Shown here piece by piece: positions 49,164 to 62,689 of a DNA stretch of 64,000 nucleotides (the first letter of the stretch is position 1; every line of letters starts with the position of its first letter). Position numbers and translations under genes: made by a program. The DNA comes from Octopus sinensis (taxonomy: Eukaryota), in contig NC_043000.1 of the NCBI RefSeq assembly GCF_006345805.1, forward strand, positions 108,872,001 to 108,936,000, read 5' to 3'. The notes under the pieces were generated by a model. It was not told where the DNA came from and did not search any database. It was given only the letters and a program-made list of their open reading frames with translations.

Positions 49164-50986
49164 AATTGAACTGGTTTCAGCTCATGAGCTGTGGCCATGC
49201 TGGGGCACCGCCATTCGGTGTTGCGACATAACTTTTACTTCACTAATTCATTTTGGAACTTGAAATTTGGTGTATAAGGGAGTTTGACGTCACTGTCCTC
49301 ATTTGCCCTTCCTACTGTAAAGTTGGTTCACCTGGAACGTTTGACAGTAGGAGAAACTAGTTTCATTTTGAAGACACCTACATCCACCCGTGCAGGTCTC
49401 TCAGGTTCTTCGGGAGGATATTGAAGAGCTGTAGTCTTTTAAAGCCCAGGCTGTTGCAATATCTTGTCCTATATCTTGATGGCAAAGTTGGAGTCTTTGG
49501 CACTATGCAGTGGTGCCATGTTCTAGCCTTAGTGTAACTCTCAATGCCAAAGTTTGGGACAAGTTCCTGTAGGATCTTCCAGATGTTCATTATGGCATAT
49601 ATTTCGCACCTACACTCTAGGGAATAGAATCTCAATCTCTTGAGTCTTTCCCAGTAGCTTATATGCCACATAGTGGCTATCTTCGTGTAGCTTCGTTGTA
49701 TTGCCTCAGGTTATGCAATTAATTTTACACTGGTTGGTGACCATAGCTGGGAGCAATAGTAAAAGCGGCTTAGGAAAAATGTCCTCCAAAGGACCATCAT
49801 GGTTTCCTGATCCCTAGTTCTAAAAGTTCTAAGAATCCATCCGGTCAGCTGCCTGCATTTCCTTGCCAATTTAGCAACGTTCACACGTAAGGATGCATCA
49901 TTACTTATATAAATGCGCAGGGCACGCACTGACTGTATCTCTGGGATTGTAATACCTCCAGATCCAGTGTATTTGGTTTGTATTGCATTTAGTTTTGCAT
50001 GGCGATAGCACCAGGCTTGAAACTTTCCAACATTAAACTGCATGCTATTCTTCTCAGCCCACTTGTATGTTTCATGTAACTTCACGTTTCAGGTGAATAG
50101 CATCTTCAAGTTATGTATCATCTGCATAACCTGTGTTCGTAGCTCTCTGTATGGCTGAGGGCATATCTGAGAGGTCCATTATGAACAGTAGTGGTCCCAA
50201 AACAGTGCCTTGCGAACACCACTATTTGCGTGTCATTGGTGGTGGCCTCATTGGCTACTACTGCTTAATTTCTATCTTTCAGAATGTCATGCAGCCATTC
50301 TCTCAATTTCCCAACTATGCCGAGATCACGCAGTTTGAGACATATTCTATGATCAACTTTGTTAAAAGCCTTTGCGAAGTAGAGATATATCACATCCACA
50401 TTTGAGTCGTTTAGGAGCTGTTTCAACACCCAGTCATAATGTTCTAAGAGCTGAGTTAGGCAGCTTCTTTTTGGGTGTCAGTCAGCAAGTCATTTTCCTC
50501 AAGGAAGGGGATTAGTTTTCTACTGACTATTCGTTCCATGACTTAGCTGATGTGCGAGGTCAGAGAGATAGGTCTGTAGTTTTTAGCCTCTGCTCTGCTA
50601 CCTCCTTAATGAATGGGTCATATTTTGCCTTCCTTCAGCTCTCTCGGTAGTTTGTCAGTTGCAAGGAAACTCTGGAAGAGAGACTGCAGTGGTCTTACTA
50701 GGACTCGCTTACATGATTTGCGGCAAGTCCATCAGGGCCAGTAGCTGAATTCGGGTTCATCTCATCCATAGCCTTCGTTACATCATCTGCTTTTATATTG
50801 ATGTATCAATCATCACTGCTTCTGTTTTTGTATCTGCAGTATCGAAAAAGTCAGCTGGGTTGCTGACGTGCAAGTGTCCTGGGGGTGGAGTGAAAACACT
50901 TTTGAATTGCTCCTTTAGTATTTCACTTATCCTCATTAAGTTTCCTGTGTGAACCATCTTTTCTGAAGAATGGCCCTACACTGCAG
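49161..50986 (-). mobile_element. CR1-group LINE subfamily alpha, 5'-truncated and degraded
   Basis: Colinear with 37185-39080; tail GGCGGTGCCCCAGCATGGCCACAGCTCATGAGCTGAAACCAG(TTCAA)2 abuts (TA)n. Confidence 0.9.
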
Positions 50987-50990
50987 GGTA

Positions 50991-52010
50991 AAGAAGCTTG
51001 ACAGAAAACTAGAAAGTTGTTGACGATGTATGGAGTCCAGCATCCAAAAGCTAATATTAACCGGCTTAACTTGAGGAGAGACCAGGATGGAAAAGGCTTA
51101 ATAGCAGTAGATGTATGTGTATAGATTGAAAGAAAACACCTAGTAGAAAATTTACAGAGCAGCACAGAAAAACTACTAAAGACAGTGTATAAAGAACTGG
51201 TGATGAAGCGCGTAATAAAAGAAAAGGACAAGAACGAAATACAAAGAGAGCGCGTCAGACAGATTGAAGAGAAACTTCTGTATGGTCAATTTTAGAGAGC
51301 CACTGAAGTTGTATGTGGAACAAAATCCTGAGCCTGGTTGAAAAAGGGGCAATAAAAAATAGAAGCAGAGAGCCTATTTGTAGCAGCCCAAGATCAAGCG
51401 ATAAAAACAAACAACTCAAGGAAAATTATATATGGAGAAAATGCCAGAAAAATGTAGAACTTGGAACGAGACAATGAAACCCATTGTGGGAGAATGCCCC
51501 AAGATGGTACAAGAAGACTATAAAAAATGGTGACATAACCAGGTTGTAAAGGCTTTACAATGGAAACTGTGTCTGAAATGGAGACTTGAAGCTGGAAACA
51601 TATGGTGCAATCATCGGGTTGAAAGAGTACTGGAGTCGGAACAATGTAAGATTTTATGGGAATTTCCAATTCAAATGGTCAGGAAGAAAATAATAGACCA
51701 GACATAACAATTATAAAGAAAAGTGAAGTTGGTTACTTACCGACCCATCATGTCCGTTTGATTACAGGATCGAAAAGAAAGAGGATGAAAAACAAAAGAA
51801 TACAATCCCTTAAAATTTGAAATAGGAACAATTTGGAGCAGGAGAGCTGTCAAGGTTGTGCCTGTCAATTGGTGCCTTGGGAACAGTAAACCAATATATA
51901 GACAAATGGCTGAAGGAAATTGAAATAGGATGCCCTGTAAAGCTTCTGCAAAACGTTTGTCTCTTAGTGACCGCAAGAATTATCAACAGGGTTCTAAGCA
52001 CTTGAAAGGA
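50991..52010 (+). mobile_element. R4/Dong-clade LINE fragment (RT thumb to RLE C-terminus), degraded
   Basis: YGVQHPKANINRL..GKGLIAV, ESLFVAAQDQA, KILWEFPIQ, NNRPDITII, EYNPLKFEIG, GALGTV. Confidence 0.8.
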
Positions 52011-52014
52011 AAAA

Positions 52015-53790
52015 GAATATCCACTCAAACAGTTTTGTGTAAATTTGATGATATTCCCTTGTCATTTTATTCATTCCTCCAGGGAGGGATGGTAATAACC
52101 TGCAAACATATTTCTCCTCATGCATTTTGATTATTGAAAAGGAAACAGATTCAGAATATTTTCTGAGAACATGCACTTTTAAGTCTTTTTCAAAATTGCA
52201 GTCGTTTGAAGCAAAATGGTCGACAAGTTCTGTCGAACTACTATTATTGTGCCTGACGTCAAATCTGTGCCCATTAAACCTTTTGTTTAATTGTTCTGTT
52301 GTACAACCAACATAAATCAAGCTGTGTTTCGTGCATTCTGCCGCGTACACCAAATGGGAATCTCGACATGTCCCACCTTCTGTATAAATCATAACATTTC
52401 TGTTATGATTCCTGATGGAATTCACTTGACTCATGTTGTTGTACAATGAACAGGGCTTACCTCCCTTATGTCGGTTTTTCAATGTACAGCGTGCAGAAAC
52501 TCCAATGTTAGTTTTCGTGGAGTCAGAAATAGAGTTCAATATTCTTATTCCGTCTAAAGTCGGCTGAGGAAATATCTGTTTGAAACGAGGATACTTTCCT
52601 GCAACATGCTGGTAACTTTCATGCAACACGTTTGGAATACCAGCGAAATTTCGGTGCCAGTTAATCACTGAAGGAATTCTGTCACATATTGCATTGTGTT
52701 GGCTAAAATCATGCGTGAAGGTTTGACTTACTTTCCTATTTCCTTTAACCGTGATTCACTGTAAGCGCGTTTGACATAATGCTGTACAAAAACATCTGCA
52801 TGTTTCTAGTAATCCCCTATGTCAGTACAAATCCGTTTTATCCAAAAAATATGATGCGAATGATTGGAGCGGCGGTGGAGGTAAATGTGAGATGGCGTGG
52901 GCTTGTAAAATAACTCTGTCACTATTCTGCCTCCAGAAAACTTTTGTGTCCAAAAATTCAACGCTAGTTTTTGAAACACTAGTCGTAAATTTTATGTTGG
53001 ACTTAAAGCCATAGCTTTTAGCATAACAGTCACAGAAATGCAAGAAGTCAATTAAACTATCCCGTGATCCTTCCCAAACAAAAAAGACATCATCAATGAA
53101 CCGCAGAGTATTGGTTCATGACCATGAAGGGATTTGAATGTCTTCAGTAACTGTGTTTCGGATTTCGTCATGAAGACATTAGCGAAATTAACTACCATGG
53201 TTGTACCCATGGCACAACCCTTTGTCTGGTGGTAAAATTTTTGTCCAAATTTCATGGTATTACTTTGTACCACTAACCTCAATAACCTACAGAGAAAATT
53301 TGATGGAATACTTTTGTTTGACCGCTTTTCAAAGACATCCATGCATGCTTCTGCCCCTTCATCGTGGTCAATATTGAGATATAAGGAAGAAACATCCATG
53401 GTTACCAAAAAACAGTTCTTGACAAGGTCTCGGTGCTTAAAAAAGGTGATTCGTTTAGTCATAAAATCAACAACTTTCTCGAATATAGGAACTTAATCTT
53501 TTTCCAACAAGGAGTAGAAAGCCATCCTGCCATTCCGAAATCTTGGCTGTACAACATTCATATCCCCTTTAAATTGGGCGCATTAGAGGAAATCTTACTA
53601 ATTTTTTGTTTATTTTAAGGAGACGGTAAAATATAGGTGTTCTTTCTGACCGTAATATCATGGATTCGGCTTTAATGAAATTGTTTCCCTCCAATTCCAG
53701 AATTATTTTGTCAAGTTCGTCTCCGAAATTGGTTTTTGGATCGACAGGTAATTCTTCATATGAAGTTTTGTCTCTCAAAACTTCTTCACA
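52015..53790 (-). mobile_element. Penelope-like element, second family, frameshifted RT + GIY-YIG
   Basis: PIFYRLLKI..MRPI, LVTMDVSSLYLNI, GCAMGT..NFANVFM, LRFIDDVF, VEFLD, LVYAAECTKHSLIYVGCT..RFNGHR. Confidence 0.85.
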
Positions 53791-54354
53791 AACCGGAAAG
53801 TAGAAAGAACCAGAAAAGATTTCCCGTTAATCTACCATTCTATACTGATTGCTTATTTTATCATACCCCGAAGAATGAAAGGCGGAATTGACGACGATGG
53901 TATTTGAACTCAGAACGTAGGATTTTGGAGTATATACTATATACTAATGATTCTGCGAATGATGAAGCTATTAAAAGCGCACAAAATAATAGCATTTTGT
54001 TCAAAAGTAGGATAAGTGGTCTTAAAATATTTTTTTAAAGAATATACTCGAGATATAATTATGATCCGTGTTTAGGGTTCAACGTTAAGGATTACATTTA
54101 CAATTTATTTCCGGATTATGATCAGCAGCAAGTGTAGCAAGAGCAACCAAAGACTGAGTGCCGAACAGAGGGGAGTATAAGAACTCGGCTTATCTGCCAG
54201 GCAATTCATGTTCGTGTATGTGTGTAAGTAGGGTTTAGTTTGCGGAGTGATTCATAAATTTTTGTATATCTATTTATAAATATCCTTGTTTGGTCACTAC
54301 TAATTAAAATGTTTTAAAATATATTTATATTATCGTTTATTTTCTTTTATTTCA

Positions 54355-54601
54355 ATGTATATTAAGTCACAACTTCCGTTTGTGCTTATTGTTATTGTTT
54401 TGCTATTATACGACATCGTAAACGTAGAACCCAAAAGCACATTGATCTTTGCACTGTTCATAGACAACTTCCTAGATTTCTACTTCAAACGACAATTTGT
54501 TTTGCTCGCCTTTCTATACGAGAGAGCCTTAACTTGTCATTACAAGATCGTTTATTTTTTCACCGTTGACAAAATGTTTAATGTTACTCTCGTGATTAAC
54601 G
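54355..54601 (+). CDS. Candidate upstream exon of the membrane-protein gene
   Basis: Open frame with signal-peptide-like LPFVLIVIVLLL; strong donor G|GTAAGC at 54601/54602 in phase 1, compatible with the 56720 acceptor; alternative phase-1 acceptor at 54463. The F/L-rich composition could equally be AT-rich noise. Confidence 0.3.
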
Positions 54602-54928
54602 GTAAGCTACCTATATATTTTATCTGCTCTTTTCAGTGTAGTAAATGTGTGTTTATGGCTTTATTCGCATTTTAACTGTTTCTTTTTAAAATACTTCTCA
54701 ATTTAATACATTTAACATTTTCTTACATACATACTCACATACAAGTGTGTGTGTGTGTTATCAATATGTGTAGAGATATTCTTAGAATGATACTATGTAT
54801 GACCAGCTTGTTACCAATTAAACTAAAGGTAAAATCTAATCAAGGGGCTTCTACGCTGCTTCCACCTACTCATTTTCACTCATCTTTATACCTTATAACC
54901 ATAATTTGTATATATGTTTTCAACATAA

Positions 54929-55045
54929 ATATTTAATACATGTGTATGTGTAATGTATGCATATAAATGTTATACATTTCTACTAATATTTATATAGAAC
55001 ATATACGTGATACATATGCATTATATATATATAACATGTTTGGTA

Positions 55046-55098
<53 letters not shown>

Positions 55099-55350
55099 AT
55101 GCATATGTATCACGTATGTGTTCTATATATATTAGTAGAAATGTATAATATTTATATGCATACATTACATATACACATGTATTAAATATACGTGATACAT
55201 ATGCATTATATATAATATATATATATATAATGCATATGTATCACGTATGTGTTCTATATATATTAGTAGAAATGTATAATATTTATATGCATACATTACA
55301 TATACACATGTATTAAATATACGTGATACATATGCATTATATATATATAT
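54929..55350. repeat. Compound inverted plus tandem repeat around (TA)n
   Basis: 54929-55032 is the reverse complement of 55088-55189 (few mismatches); a 131-bp unit is then repeated in tandem (55101 and 55232). Confidence 0.9.
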
Positions 55351-56079
55351 ATATACCAATGCATTATATATATATATACCAAACATGTTATATATATATA
55401 TATATATATATCTACACACACACACATACACACACATATGTATGTGTTTATGTACACCTCTGCATATATATTTGCATACGTTCATACATAAATCCAGCTG
55501 CCCGTGGTACATATACATATATTTGTATATATTCACATACACACACATACACCTATGATCCCATATATGTGTAAACTCGTACATTAGTCGTGTAATGTTA
55601 TCTAAATATGACACGCTTAATACAACTCACTCTTGTTTTGTTTTCTTCATCATTCCTAGCTTGCACTTTAACATTTAAAAACACACCGTTCCGTTCTTTA
55701 CTTAGAAGCGAAACACGCACTACATTGGGCCTAGAAGCAGATATATAGTATAAATGTATAAAATTTCGGATTTAAAAATCTGTGTGAAGTCCCTCCGTCA
55801 ACACTTCTCAACGCTAATATCTACATTTGGTGAATTTTTAAAGATACGAATAAAAAATTTGGATGTTAAATTTCTTTGAATTAGAATAGAAAGTCTTGGT
55901 TGTTTTGTCTCCTTAAATCATTGCTTAGCAAGAAGCAAATTGAATTTATCACCTGACTAATCATCCCAGTTGACCTCTGTAACAACTTTAAACTATTTTT
56001 TAACTAAAAGATGGCATTATGTTGTTCTTTTTCTTACATCTTCTCTGTACTTAAAAAGCGATTAATATTTATGTCTTTA

Positions 56080-56215
56080 ATTCCGTCGAGGTTGACTTTG
56101 GCTTTCATCCTTTCGGGGTCGATAAATTAGGTACCAGTTGCGTACTGGAGTCGATCTAATCGACTGGCCGCATCCTCCAAAATTTCGGGCCTTGTGCCTA
56201 GAGTAGAAAAGAATA
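56080..56215 (+). mobile_element. SINE family B, 5'-truncated
   Basis: aattccgtcgaggttgactttggctttcatcctttcggggtcgataaattaggtacc..ggccttgtgcctagagtagaaaag. Confidence 0.8.
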
Positions 56216-56719
56216 TTTATGCCTTTGTTGTTGTTATGTACCGTACGCGTTTACTGTGCGTTGATGACACTACAGCAAGTGTCTTCCTGATTAAGCGCGA
56301 GTTTTCCCATCGCCTGAGGCCACAGCGTTACTTCGTTCCGATCTTCTCATAGTGTACCCCTCGACCCACAAGGAGCTCATCCGTTCTTCGACAGGTCTTG
56401 GTTTTAATGCTACTGGGTATCCAGACACCCTCCTCACAAAATTAGCAAGCTACTCCATTGGGAAGGCCTGTTTAGTCGCCGACTACTCGACCATGGAACA
56501 AGTAGTACTGATTTACATAGTACAAGTAACAGGTCTCATGAGAATATGATGAGATCCCTCATCTGACTCTGTATGGTTGCAAAATGGCCCTCTTAACCAC
56601 ACGCCCATGCCCGCGCCTTAATTAGCCCGGGTTTTCTTGTTCTAAGTCTTATTAACATGAAACCTTAATTTTACTGATTATTAATACAAAACCTTTATGT
56701 CATGTCTTTCTAATTTCAG

Positions 56720-57045
56720 GAAATGATATGTATCATGCACTGCCAACCTGGATTTCTATACTCATCCTTTTCGGAACAATCCTAGTTGTGGTGGCTACGT
56801 TACATTTGTGCTTTAGATATATATGTAGAAGGAACGAAAAATTCAAGAAGGATTTTCATAATGAACTCCGTATATTTAGAGATGAATGCTTCTTCGATGG
56901 ATTCAACAATCCACTGTCGAATAAACAACGTGAAAATTTATTGAGAACTTCACTGGAAATGAACGAAAATCAGTTGCCAAAATGTGAGTCAGTTAAAAAT
57001 CTGAGAAGTGAACTCCGCCAGGCTAAGGCTCAAACGTCCATATGA
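56720..57045 (+). CDS. Probable terminal coding exon of a single-pass type I membrane protein (TM + cytoplasmic tail)
   Basis: Acceptor TCTTTCTAATTTCAG| (phase 1); hydrophobic ISILILFGTILVVVATLHLCF followed by basic RYICRRNEKFKK and a normal-composition tail to TGA. Family not recognised. Confidence 0.6.
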
Positions 57046-57600
57046 CAGGAATTTGAAAATACTCAAACACATACAAGCACACACATGTACACACAAGCGA
57101 GCGAACACGCACGCTCACACACACTCATTCATAAACATAACTATTGGAAATTGAATGTGAAATTCGGTAAAGAAACACGAGATAACAAATTTACTTCATT
57201 TTACTTGAACGTTAATATTTGTTAAAAATAATAATTTTAATACATATGCATGACGAAGGCTAACCTGCCGACATTTCGCCATCACTTTTGCTAATCTCGT
57301 ATATATATAACTTGTTATGCGCACTCACTCACACGCATTCATATGTTCTTTCACATCCATAGAACCAAGATTATTACATTCAGCAACTCAACATAAAACT
57401 TCATCATCATCAATATCATCATCAACAATAGCATATTGACTGTACAAAGGTAAGCTTTGGCAGCAAAGCCGTTCTGGGCGTTAACAGCAGCCTCAAAAAC
57501 CATTCCCCAACAAATCTAAATTTTTTGAGTATGACATGAAAAACAATATCCTATTTTCCTATTTCAAAAATAAGAGTTATACAACTTGTATCTATGTAAG

Positions 57601-57639
<39 letters not shown>

Positions 57640-58025
57640 TTTAAAACATTTTTTTTTGTTAAATAAAAATGTTTCTGTACCCTTTTAAGGTTCTTTGTTT
57701 AATTTTCAGCTTTTGTTTTCTGTTTCAGTTCATTTGATTTTCAGGTTTGCTTTGACATTTTCTCAACATATGTACAGAATATGAAAGTTTGTGATTGTTG
57801 CCCCTCACCAATCACTTGACAATCGGTGTTAGTTTATTTACGTCCTGCTTTTCCTTCCCTGTCGAATTATACGTAGGTGCTCTTACGCTAGTTGATCTTT
57901 ATAAAGTTTCTCAGCAGAGCAGTCTTAGGGTTACGACTTGATAACTTCTTTAGTTGTCGCATATTTTGCGTCGGTATCAGCTTTACTGACGGCGTTGTTA
58001 GATGCCTCTACGAGTTGTTAAAATG

Positions 58026-58189
58026 TCAGGATTGTGGCTATGTGGTAAGTAGCTTGTTTACCAGCCACATGGTTCTGGGTTCAGTCCCACTGCGTGGTAC
58101 CTTGGGCAAGTGTCTTCTACTATAGCCTCGGGCCAACCAAAGCCTTGTGAGTGGATTTGGTAGACGGAAACTGAAAGAAGCCCGTCGTA

Positions 58190-58239
<50 letters not shown>

Positions 58240-58458
58240 TGTGTGTGTTTGTGTGTCTGTATTTGTCCCCCTAGCATTGCTTGACAACCGATGCTGGTGT
58301 GTTTATGTCCCCGTTACTTAGCGGTTCGGCAAAAGAGACCGATAAAATAAGTACTGGGCTTATAAAAGAATAAATCCCGGGGTCGAGTTGCTCGATTAAA
58401 GGCGGTGCTCCAGCATGGCCGCAGTCAAATGACTGAAACAAGTAAAAGAGTAAAAGAG
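58026..58458 (+). mobile_element. SINE family A, full length, well preserved
   Basis: Near-identical to 1768-2237; tail ends AAGTAAAAGAGTAAAAGAG. Confidence 0.9.
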
Positions 58459-59299
58459 GAACGGCAAATAACTGGAACAAAGAATCGTATTTTCATTCCT
58501 TATAAACACACAACTTATTTTACTTGTTAGTCAGTGAACTGCCGCCAAATGAACCGCAGTACTTATTCTAAGACTGGTAATTATTGTATCGGTTTCCTTT
58601 CTGTCGACCGAATAGCTAAGTTACGGGAACGTAAACAAATCAACACCGGTTGACGAGTGGTGTACATACAAACACATATATACACAATGGAGCTTCCACA
58701 CTCTTAGTGCATTGGTCGGCCCAGGGACATCAAATGTCGCACATTGGCATTGAACCTGAAACGGGGCGGTTGTAAAGCAAGCTTCATAACTCGCGTCCAA
58801 AGACAAAATTGAACTGCATCAGATGGATTCGATCCATCGACCTTAGAATAAAGACGTTATATATCATGGCCACAGTCCTCTGCTCCTCCAACTGAGCTAC
58901 TATGAGAACCTCATGGCCCCCTTTTAAAATAAAATGCTTATTTCTTCAATCAGCAGAAGCGATCTGTATTGTAGAACGGTCGATGCCCTTTGACCCCTAT
59001 TGATATATTTCCCATTTCAAGTAGAAATCACAATCTCATTCTTTCACGTCTGCAAAACATCGGTTTATCTTGTAAAAAGAAAACAAAAAAATCTAAAATT
59101 TTTGTGGTTTTGCCGTAATAGTAGCAAAAACAAAAACTGTAGACATCATTAGGAGTAGAAATGGTAGTTGTCGGCGCATAAATTGGTGTTGGTGCTCCTT
59201 TAGTCAAAGCCAAACTTCAGTGTAACAAACCAATACATATATGTATGTATATGTGTCTGTCAGTCTACCTATTAGCAACACTCTTAAACTTATACCTAA

Positions 59300-59386
<87 letters not shown>

Positions 59387-60281
59387 ACCAAAAAAACATG
59401 CAACTAAAAATAAACTGAAACCAATGAAATTTTATCGTTCGGTTTGATTGTCTGTTAGATCTATTAAGAAGATAAAACATGATAAAGTAGGTGCAAAAAA
59501 AAAAGAAAAAAAGAAAAATACAAGTTGGTAAGAAATAAAAAAAATGATTCCAAAAGCTTGGAATATATATTGACAGAGATTATTAACACCGTTTCCCTAA
59601 CTGACACCAACCAATAATAAATCCGATACAAGCAATGGCTAATGAGCCTTCACTAATGATTATCTATCTTGGTTCAATCTCAAAGTGCACACTCTTTCAT
59701 CTGCTCAAAAAGTTAAGTACTGCGCCATTTATTCCAGAATAATCTATTCCGTGTGGTCGAAAATAGAATTTTGATAGTTTCAAGACATTATGGTACATTT
59801 AGAAATAAAAAAAAAATGTTTATTAGGTGTTTTTTTCCCCCCACCAAATAAATATTTAATGCCATTTTTTTCATCTATTCATAGGACTGAACTAGCTTTT
59901 CGTTAATATTTTTTGATTTTCATTTTATGTCTTGTCTGTATCTCTCTATAAAACATTGACAAGATGTACCTCTAGTTTTCAACTGACAGAGTAAAAATAA
60001 AATTATATAAAAAACCCCACTTCCACAACAACATTGGGAAGACTTTCGTTTTAGCGTCATCGATGTTTACGATAAACGACAACGACTTTCACTGACGCTC
60101 GCCTGGACATGAATCTCGTAAGGGAACCGGTTGGACGAAATAATGGAAACGTGTTCTCGAAAGCAAGTTTAGTTAACACAGAAAAAGGCGATGAGCTGGC
60201 AGAATCGTTACCGATATTTAAATCAGGGACTTCAGGTTTTTCTTCTATTCCGACATGTAACCATGTTAAACGTATAATAAT

Positions 60282-60675
60282 AAGGCGGCGAGCTGGAAGA
60301 ATCGTTAGCATGCCGGGCGAAATGCGTAGTCGTATTTCGTCTGCCGTTACGTTCTGAGTTCAAATTCCGCCGAGGTCGACTTTGCCTTTCATTCTTTCGG
60401 GATCGATTAAATAAGTACCAGTTACACACTGGGGTCGATATAATCGACTTAATCCGTTTGTCTGTCCTTGTTTGTCCCCTCCGTATTTAGCCCCTTGTGG
60501 GTAGTAAAGAAATAGGTATTTCGTCTGCCGCTATGTTCTGAGTTCAAATTCCGCCGAGGTCGACTTTGCCTTTCATCCTTTCGAGGCCGAAAAAATAAGT
60601 ACCAGTTGAATACTGGGGTCATGTAATCAACTAATCCCCACCCCTAAATTTGCTGGCCTTGTGCCAAAATCAAAA
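60282..60675 (+). mobile_element. SINE family B dimer; the two units have different tails
   Basis: Head GGCGGCGAGCTGG; junction GAAATAGGTATTTC at 60509-60522; second unit ends GGCCTTGTGCCAAAATC. Confidence 0.85.
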
Positions 60676-60707
60676 GAAAAAGATTATTATTTACAAAAAC
60701 AAGACTC

Positions 60708-61105
60708 TAAGCTGGCAGAGTCGTTAACACACCGGATAAACTACTTGGCGTTATTTCTTCCGGCTCTTCTTCTGAGTTTAGAATCTTTTGAGGTCAACTT
60801 TGTACCTTATTCTTTCAGAGGGTGAAAATAAAGTACCAGCCAAGTACTTGCATCAATGTTATCAACATTACTGGCCTTGTGCCACAATTTGAAATAATTT
60901 TTAATAAAAATCCTTTCTAAATAATCCGGTCTAAACTTTTCGGGAAGGAAGCTAGACAGGTGCATCGACCCAAGTGTTCAACTGGTATTTATTTTATCAC
61001 CCCCCTCGAAAGGATGAAAGGCAAAAGTCGACGGCGGCGGCATTTGAATTCGGAACGTAAAGCGAAAGAAGTGCCGACGTGTCAACAAGTCTGCCAGCTT
61101 GCTAC
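60708..61105. mobile_element. Two diverged, convergent SINE B copies
   Basis: About 60708-60895 (+) and 60945-61105 (-). Confidence 0.65.
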
Positions 61106-61704
61106 TTTAGGAATTATTTATATGCGTTGGGACTGAAAAGACAAATCTGAAGATCCGACTTTAAATGCTTTGAATTATCCAAGTTATTTCTCTAATCATT
61201 TATTCCAAAAATTTTTTGAATGACTGCTGAGTACAAAGTCCAGTACCTGTATGAAAGCTGGGATCAAACGGTGAAACGCCAAACTATATTGTCCTTCACT
61301 TGTGACTCAAAGTATCTATCCTTTGTGTAAAATAAATAAATTGTGTGCAAAGGTCGTGTGAAATTGCATATGACCAGCAGGACATCTCAGACCACGCGTA
61401 TCAAGGTGACGCAAAGGAATTTGAGTATGAAGGATAATTGTTTCTAGGCGCGAGTTTTTGTGTAAAAGAGATCACATGCACGGTGACATTCATGCTGTTC
61501 TCGATGCCATAAATATATAAAATGGTTTCATGCAAGAATCGAAACACCGTCAAAAATGTCAGCATACATGTACTTTCAGCCTTTATTTTCTTCGAAACTA
61601 TCTTATTTGAAACGACACATACAGATAAGATATACAACCCATTCTCACATACATACAGACACGCACTCGTGTGCATATATATATATATTCACACATATTT
61701 AAAC

Positions 61705-61866
61705 GTGTGTTTGTGTCCTCGTAGCATTAGCGGTTTGACGAAAGACACCGACAGAATGAGCTGCAGCCTTAAAAAATAAGTACTGAGGTCGGTTTGTTTG
61801 GATGCATCTTTCAAGACGGTGCCCCAGCATGGCCAAAGTCCAATGACAGAAACAAGTAAAAGAAAG
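61705..61866 (+). mobile_element. SINE family A, 3' part
   Basis: GACGGTGCCCCAGCATGGCCAAAGTCCAATGACAGAAACAAGTAAAAG. Confidence 0.7.
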
Positions 61867-62689
61867 AAGTATTAAAACGCATAAATCTAAAATTATTTCC
61901 ATTATTTTTGTCCTTGACAAAGATTTGTTGAGATTTGACCGTTTGGACGTTAATTTTCTCGTCGACATAACAATGAATTGTTGATCGTTGACAAGTTACA
62001 AAATGCATTAAAAAAGCAAGTGAAATATTGTAAAAGTCACGCAGAATTTTAATAAGTAAAACAGATATCTAGGTATCATACTTAACGTATGTACATCAGC
62101 GATAGGCCTGTTACTGCAGTATTTATCCTGAGATGATACCTCTTAGAGACGTGTTGTCTTAAAAACACAATTAATACTCAAAGAGAGACAAAAATTCGTT
62201 TGTAGCAGCGGCCAAGAAAATGATACGTACTCGCAGCAGTCAGCCTTTCACTCAGACCAGAATTCATTGTCACTAATATAGGAAAAAATGGCCAAAACAT
62301 TCGCAGGCACCGCGAATATCTTCCCGGTTGACCAAAAATTTAGAATACGCAATTGAGGTAATTAAAAAACGCATCTATATATCATACATAATGTAAATGC
62401 ATTGTTATTATATTTCCCTAAATCACGACTAAGTTTCGACGTAGTTTTATGTAAAGTTGAGCAGCGATTAGAATATTGCATGAAGAAGTCATATCTTTCA
62501 AATAAACAGACATGATGATACAAACACGCATTATATTTCTTTTCTCCATCATAAAGCCGGTTACCCGGTTTTCATGGCATATAAATAAGTCGGTTGGAAA
62601 GTCGGTTTTCATGGCATATAAATAACGGTGATCACAACATTATCCCTGAACAGGACGACGGTCCTTTCTTGGGGTTCAAGACAATTTCG

